Shown here piece after piece: positions 1 through 5,031 of a stretch of 5,031 bases of DNA (position 1 is the first letter of the stretch; every line of letters begins with the position of its first letter). Location: assembly GCA_963693365.1 (NCBI GenBank), contig CAVNZM010000134.1, positions 1-5,031 of the forward strand, read 5' to 3'. The translations under genes were made by a program, and so were the position numbers. The notes below the pieces were generated by a model that saw nothing but the letters and a program-made list of their open reading frames with translations, was not told where the DNA came from and made no database searches. The stretch is from Amoebidium appalachense. Taxonomy: Eukaryota > Protista > Ichthyosporea.

Positions 1-668
1 ACTTGACATAAGGTGCCACAAATTTGATTGGATGGTATAGTAGTATAGTACAGCGATCGCACAAACAACCGATTGCGCTAATCGGATCGCCGGCAGGCCG
101 TGGCACCTTGATTTCGCAAAGTAGTTTCTGGGCGGGCCTCCACCTACTTCACCAAATCTACTTGACATAAGGTGCCACAAATTTGATTGGATGGTATAGT
201 AGTATAGTACAGCGATCGCACAAACAACCGATTGCGCCAATCGGATCGCCGGCAGGCCGTGGCACCTTGATTTCGCAAAGTAGTTTCTGGGCGGGCCTCC
301 ACCTACTTCACCAAATCTACTTGACATAAGGTGCCACAAATTTGATTGGATGGTATAGTAGTATAGTACAGCGATCGCACAAACAACCGATTGCGCCAAT
401 CGGATCGCCGGCAGGCCGTGGCACCTTGATTTCGCAAAGTAGTTTCTGGGCGGGCCTCCACCTACTTCACCAAATCTACTTGACATAAGGTGCCACAAAT
501 TTGATTGGATGGTATAGTAGTATAGTACAGGCGATCGCACAAACAACCGATTGCGCCAATCGGATCGCCGGCAGGCCGTGGCAACTTGATTTCGCAAAGT
601 AGTTTCTGGGCGGGCCTCCACCTACTTCACCAAATCTACTTGACATAAGGTGCCACAAATTTGATTGG
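1..668. repeat. Tandem array of 159-bp units (4 full copies plus a 31-bp partial copy; probably continues beyond the left edge)
   Basis: Units starting ACTTGACATAAGGTGCCAC begin at 1, 160, 319, 478 and 638. Only three differences are visible: T79 (C in the other copies), an extra G at ~530-531 that makes unit 4 160 bp, and A584 (C in the other copies). Confidence 0.98.
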
Positions 669-891
669 TCGAGATAATTTATATAGTAAAAATATCATTG
701 GCCCAGAGAGTCTCCTATAGTACAGTACAGGGACCGGCTTACGTCACCGCCATGGCGTAATCGATAGACCGACAACCACCGGATCGGATGACATCACGGG
801 GTACCGATGACGTACTCACCTGTACAAATAACGACCAACATATGTCGCCACGCCCAGTAGTAGAGCGCATAGTGTCTCGAAAGAAACAAAA
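660..891 (+). promoter_or_regulatory. Putative Pol II-type promoter / 5' region of the 892 gene
   Basis: Reverse CCAAT boxes (ATTGG) at 664-668 and 697-701, 33 bp apart, flank an AT-rich TTTATATA at 678-685. The start context is A-rich: AAACAAAAATGG. Confidence 0.4.
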
Positions 892-2064
892 ATGGTCGGT
901 TCGTTTGTATTGTACGAACGGTTGAACATCCCCCAAGCCCGAGACGTGGGGTTTCCAGCGACCTCACCCGGGCTTGACAGGTTGTTCAGGTGTGGATCGG
1001 GTGCCACGGCCAGAATGATACGTTTGCTTGACCCCCTCTGTCCTGCGACTGAAAGCATATCCTCAAGGGCGGTATTCAACGTGCTGGGGTACACTGAGTA
1101 CACGGACTACACAAAGTCTATGTTTAAGGAAATTCTGCCCAGTGACTTCACATTGGTATTCCTCCCCGCCACCAGCGGTGGTCGTCGGTGCCACGACCAC
1201 CTGCTTAACTCGCGCGCGTTGCGGGCGGTGACCGAGGCAGCAACTGGACCTTTCCGTGGCGAGATTCGTAGCTGGGCAGCAGGCGTCACTTCAGCTTTTG
1301 TGCGTCTAGGCCCAGACCTTGACAACCCGCTGCGTGTTGCTGTCTGTGCGGCCCTGGTCGCGGAGGACGAGCGTGCAAGCGCGGCCGCGGCAGCACTGCG
1401 TAGTGTCCCTGCGGTATCGTATAACCACACCATCAACGCCATGTCCTACGCGCTCGTCGAAAAGGATGAGATCATAGACGGCCTTCGTGTTCGGGAACAG
1501 GCGCTCAAGGATGAGATTGCGGCCCTCAAGGCTGGGGTCGCGGCAGAAGGCGCGATCGTTAACACCGAGATTGAAGTGAAGGCGGTCAGGGATGAAGTGG
1601 TAAGGCTGAAGGCTGCGGTCGCGGCAAAAGCTGCGATCATCGATGCGGCCAAAGCGGAGGTGGCGCGGAAGGACGCGACGATCGATGCACTCAGGTCAGC
1701 GCTCAGGTATTCGTTGGTGGCGCTCAGGGGTATGGTGGCGGCGCTCAAGCCTGAAGCCGAGGTCGCAGAAAAGAACACGGTCATCAGCCCCCTCGAGACT
1801 GAGGTCGCGGCAAAGGACACGATCATCAGCACCCTCAAGGCCCAGCTCGTGGCACAGGACACAACCATCACCACCCTCAAGGACCAGGTCGCGTCGAAGG
1901 AGACCTTCATCGACGCCATCCTCGAGGCCACGCTGACCGACAACGCGCCCAAGACCGCGGCGCTCACGAAGCAGCGCGCGGCCGGGTGCACCCCCGCGGC
2001 CCGCGAGCCGCCGCGCAAGCGCGCAAGGTGTGTCTTCGTGAACGGGTGCCCGATCATCGAGTAG
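892..2064 (+). CDS. 390-aa putative nuclear DNA-binding protein: AntA/MSV199-like (KilA-N-related) N-terminal domain, repetitive coiled coil, C-terminal NLS
   Basis: Long ORF with a strong AAAATGG start and GC-rich third positions in its 3' half. Residues ~56-132 (ISSRAVFNVLGY...DFTLV...SGGRRCHDHLLNSRALRAVTEAATGPFRGEIRSW) follow the pattern I recall for AntA/MSV199 domains. Heptad-like repeats cover residues ~190-345 and PPRKRAR lies near the C-terminus. The CDS itself is more certain than the domain call. Confidence 0.8.
   Translation: MVGSFVLYERLNIPQARDVGFPATSPGLDRLFRCGSGATARMIRLLDPLCPATESISSRAVFNVLGYTEYTDYTKSMFKEILPSDFTLVFLPATSGGRRCHDHLLNSRALRAVTEAATGPFRGEIRSWAAGVTSAFVRLGPDLDNPLRVAVCAALVAEDERASAAAAALRSVPAVSYNHTINAMSYALVEKDEIIDGLRVREQALKDEIAALKAGVAAEGAIVNTEIEVKAVRDEVVRLKAAVAAKAAIIDAAKAEVARKDATIDALRSALRYSLVALRGMVAALKPEAEVAEKNTVISPLETEVAAKDTIISTLKAQLVAQDTTITTLKDQVASKETFIDAILEATLTDNAPKTAALTKQRAAGCTPAAREPPRKRARCVFVNGCPIIE
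1615..1926 (+). repeat. Intragenic degenerate 42-nt (14-aa) tandem repeats, consensus ~EVAAKDTIISTLKA
   Basis: Units at 1615, 1657, 1759, 1801, 1843 and 1885 (e.g. GAGGTCGCAGAAAAGAACACGGTCATCAGC vs GAGGTCGCGGCAAAGGACACGATCATCAGC). Shorter GCGCTCAGG repeats fill the gap at ~1699-1750. Confidence 0.85.
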
Positions 2065-2179
2065 TCCTGGTAGATGACAAACATCTTTAGCGCGCGAAGT
2101 GTGTTTGTGTGTTTGCTCGGTGAAAGGGTCTTCGTGAATGGCGGTCGAGCAGTCCTGGTAGATGACAAGAACATCTTTA
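2032..2179. repeat. Imperfect direct duplication of the 3' end of the 892 gene and its stop region
   Basis: GTCTTCGTGAA...TCGAG(T/C)AGTCCTGGTAGATGACAA(GA)ACATCTTTA occurs at 2032-2089 and 2128-2179. Confidence 0.9.
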
Positions 2180-2190
2180 TTTTTAATAAA
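2176..2190. terminator. Putative bidirectional polyadenylation signal shared by the convergent genes
   Basis: TTTATT-TTT-AATAAA gives AATAAA on the minus strand (2181-2176) and on the plus strand (2185-2190). It lies between the convergent stops at 2064 and 2354. Confidence 0.55.
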
Positions 2191-2353
2191 AGGGACCCCC
2201 GCTCCGGTCGGGCAGAAACAAACATAACCACTTAGTCGTTGTCTACTAAGTTGTATTTCCCTTAAGTTTGATACCCGTTGAAAAAGTACATACACACCCC
2301 AATACACCATACAGCATGTTGCTCGACGCCCCCACTGCTACCCCACCCCTAAC

Positions 2354-3773
2354 CTATGTGGTGGAAGCGACGAGCTCCCCCAGTGTGGTTTTCACTTTGT
2401 CCGTGGCATGCGGCAGGACCATACGGTCGTTGATGTATAGGCCCCCGGATAGCTCTTCGCACACAATGCGAATGTCGGGTGACAATTGGTTGAGGTCACC
2501 GTGCAGTCTCACCGTTGAAAGAGTGGAGAGTCTCAGCTTCTTCAAGTGGGGCGGGATGTCAAACGACGCGTGGACATAGTCTTCGTCGTCCGGCTCGCAA
2601 TTGTCATGTTGGAACACCTCGAGGGTGCGCACCGAGTCCGCAAACTTGTGCAGCTCTGTAAGTACGCGAGGGGGGGGGGCGCGCACGACACTCGGCATCC
2701 GGTACTAAGCCATCTTCCAGAGTCCACTTTGAGCACGGCACGGTGCATACGAAAATCTTGACGCCGCACACCGTCAGCCGGCCACCGTTCCCCATCCCCG
2801 TCGGGTCAGACCCCCCGAGATTCACAAAATCAGCGTTCACGAGTTTGCCGGTGAATTTTTCCCCTTCCAACCAAACAAAATCAGCCCCTGATATTACGTC
2901 GAAAACCACCTCACCGTATGCCTTGATTACGACCTGCTTGATGGCGCGGCAGGCCTGAAGACCCCGAATGGTGTGCACCATTGTGTCGTCCGTTTCGAGG
3001 TCAACGTCCTCGTTCTCTGCGTCGTATGTAACTCCGAGATTCTCCAACGACGGGGGGAGCAGAAGCGTGGTGTTGTGTCTCATTTCATACTCATACACAT
3101 TGTGGTAGAGCTGGGCTTCGAGTGTTTTCAGCTTGCTGAAAACTGAAAAATCCCAGACGTACGTGGTGACTTCCGCGTCAGGATCGGTGTCCGGTCGCAT
3201 AAAAAACCCGTCTATCGTGACCAGATTTCTCAGGCATGCCATGTTTGCCATTCGCCCGAAGTGGATGCCCCATATGGGAAAGAACGGGGGCGCGGGATGC
3301 CAGCCGGGGGATGAGGGTTGGTCACGCTTCCACGGATCGACGGGGTGCGTGGCCACGAGGTCGGTGAGGTTTGGGAAGGCCTCAATGTTGTTTAGAGTGA
3401 ACGGGGTCAGTTTTCCCTTGCCCGTCGGTATTCGCGGAACGAGCTTCAGGGCCTTGACATGGTCGAACATGTGTGTGTCGGGCACCATCCAGAGCTCGTC
3501 GAGCCACATGGAGATGGCCGCCATCTTCATCCTGTACTTGTTTTCCCCTTGCACAAACTTCACGCGGGCACTGTCCGGGTCGAACGTGTAGCCCATGTTG
3601 ACGTAAAACGGGCTGGTAAAGGCTTGTGTGGCCAGCTCCAAGACTTTTCGGTGGCACGCCTTGTTAACACATGCCACGTTCATGCGGGTGTTGTGGTCCA
3701 GAAACTCGAATATGCGGTGCACATCCTCGACGGGTAGGATGGGGAGGGTTGTTTTGGAGTGTGTGGCGCCCAT
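2354..3773 (-). CDS. F-box protein with LRR/FNIP-like repeats and an N-terminal myristoylation motif; frame broken at G10 (2670-2679); ~472 aa if one base is removed
   Basis: ATG at 3773 in the context GCAAGATGG gives MGATHSK, followed by the F-box-like LPILPVEDVHRIFEFLDHNTRMNVACVNKACHRKV. LRR-like motifs follow (FPNLTDLV, LRNLVTID, FSKLKTLEA, LPPSLENLGV). The same style continues in the 2354..2698 frame (DSVRTLEV, IPPHLKKLRL), which joins in frame if the run is 9 rather than 10 nt. Confidence 0.8.
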
Positions 3774-3889
3774 CTTGCTATGCTGCTGGGGTCCATCTAT
3801 TGTCTGTGGTGTGGGTCTGATTGTAACTGAGTTCGCGTCGCTCTTTTTGTACGCCTGCTTTTGCGCGACCGCAGCGTACCTTGATGTTC

Positions 3890-4112
3890 CATCCAATGAA
3901 ATCGCAAACATAAAGAGCCACTAAGTGTCATCCAATGAAATCGCACATTTTAGAACGCTCACCAATTATCAACAAATCGCATTGCACGGGTTGGTGGTTT
4001 CTATTGGCTGGATGGTGTCTGATCTTTATTCTCATTGGTTTACGGGTGCTTTGTTAGCGCAACCCCATGACCCCTGTCCAATCCTTTGGAATCACAAACC
4101 TGGTTTCATTGG
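3890..4112 (-). promoter_or_regulatory. CCAAT-box cluster upstream of the F-box gene, including a 17-bp direct repeat
   Basis: CCAAT/ATTGG at 3893, 3932, 3962, 4003, 4034, 4078 and 4108. CATCCAATGAAATCGCA is repeated exactly at 3890-3906 and 3929-3945. Confidence 0.6.
4025..4030 (-). terminator. Putative AATAAA polyadenylation signal for the upstream minus-strand gene
   Basis: TTTATT on the plus strand, about 95 nt downstream of the TAG at 4127-4125. Confidence 0.4.
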
Positions 4113-4124
4113 CCGCCCGCGGGC

Positions 4125-5031
4125 CTACAAGGTCATGCCTGCAAAGTCCCTCCGCAGCCTGTCAACCTGCTCGTACACATGGCTCAGTGCCTCGTCGACC
4201 ACCTCTCCAACCACGTCGGACGCGGGCAGCCCCCTGGTCGGCATCCGCCCGGGCCAGAAGTCCGCGCCCGCGGGAACGCGGGCCATATCCGCCGGGGCGA
4301 GGTCGTACGCGGCCTCCATCCACTCCACCACACCTGGCGCGCCACGCACCGCCGCATACACTTTCCCGTCCGCCTGCCGGACAACGGAGTCTGGGCCGTA
4401 TGTGGTCACGCGTTGCTCGACCGCGGCGTCCGCCGGTCGTCGAGCGCGTCGCCAAACACTGAGAGCACGTTGTCGAAGGCGTGCGACACGGAGTCGCGGT
4501 CCATGTTGTCGTACACGCTCTGGGCTGCCAGAGACTTTAGCGGGCGATCTTTGCGCCCAAACGGGAGTCTGCCGTCTGCGGCGTTGCCGCCGGGGAAGGG
4601 ACAGCGCCCGAACCGGACAGCGGCTGTGTATGGCATGTAGTGTTGCGCGGCGAGTGTCGACTCCGCGGCGAGGGGCTTGGCGTTCGGGCAGACGCGTTGA
4701 AGGCCCTCTGCGAGACGCGTTCCGGAGATCGCCCAGTACCAACCCCCGCGCGTGCCACCATACATTAGTGTGATGTGTTGTTCGGGTGACGAGTTCAAGG
4801 GGCCGTCGTGTTCAGGCGTTATACCAGTCCAAAGCTGCGCCCCCATGTTGGTTGCCAGTACGTATCGGATGTACAGGGGGTAGGACACCAACGTTGTTGC
4901 GCCGGTGTCGTCGTCGCGGCACTGCACCGGCACCAGGATGGCCGTGTTCTGTTGCCACTCGCGCACGGGCTCGCTGTACATCCCGCCCACGCCCTGGACG
5001 GTATTGATGCGCCAGCGTTCGTCACGCCTGT
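4125..5031 (-). CDS. Hypothetical protein, 5'-truncated by the window edge, with an apparent 1-nt frameshift near 4435
   Basis: The frame of ORF 4406..4990 stays open to the window edge (RRDERWRINTVQGVGGMY...). Protein-like, GC3-rich coding switches to the 4125..4742 frame after ...FGDALDD. Adding one C on the minus strand (GACCGG to GACCCGG) gives ...DALDDPADAAVEQRVTTYGPD...FAGMTL*. I do not recognise a family. Confidence 0.7.

Noticed and set aside
3-41. Bacterial sigma70 promoter (TTGACA in each repeat unit)
   Set aside because: The hexamer 17 bp downstream is GATTGG, and TATAGT is 27 bp away, too far. The surrounding context is eukaryotic-like.
476-658. 60-aa ORF as a standalone gene
   Set aside because: Its stop exists only because of the extra G in repeat unit 4. 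It is treated under the open-frame finding instead.
1-668. CRISPR array
   Set aside because: The units are identical over their whole 159 bp, with no unique spacers and no cas genes nearby.
2074-2235. 53-aa ORF (MTNIFSAR...NITT) in frame after the 892 stop, or stop read-through
   Set aside because: Two TAG stops (2062 and 2071) precede it, it is largely made of the local duplication, and it spans the AATAAA signal.
1107-2310. Minus-strand ORFs 1107..1442, 1446..2231 and 1696..2310, and plus-strand 1643..1936
   Set aside because: These are antisense or alternate-frame shadows of the GC-rich, repetitive 892 gene with no protein-like features.
3774-3911. Upstream ATG at 3911 for the F-box gene
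   Set aside because: It lies within the CCAAT repeat region. The ATG at 3773 has a better Kozak context, gives MGxxxSK and places the F-box at the N-terminus.
3925-4773. Plus-strand ORFs 3925..4773, 4067..4462 and 4086..4640 (and plus-strand ORFs over 2268-3924)
   Set aside because: They are antisense to better-supported minus-strand genes, and their translations are mostly Arg/Pro/Ser-biased with no recognisable motifs.

Overview
This window looks like eukaryotic large-DNA-virus sequence (Nucleocytoviricota- or mirusvirus-like, or an endogenised copy) rather than bacterial. That is inferred from Kozak-like starts, CCAAT boxes, AATAAA signals, an F-box protein and a probable NLS. From left to right: (i) a tandem array of at least 4.2 near-identical 159-bp units with nested inverted repeats, running off the left edge; (ii) a 390-aa gene with a probable AntA/MSV199-like (KilA-N-related) DNA-binding N-terminus, a 14-aa-repeat coiled coil and a C-terminal NLS; (iii) a convergent intergenic region with a short duplication, hairpins and back-to-back AATAAA signals; (iv) a minus-strand F-box/LRR-like gene with an N-myristoylation motif, split at a G10 run; (v) a promoter-like region with seven regularly spaced CCAAT boxes; (vi) a 5'-truncated unknown minus-strand gene split by a 1-nt frameshift. 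All domain calls come from reading the sequence by eye; no searches were run.
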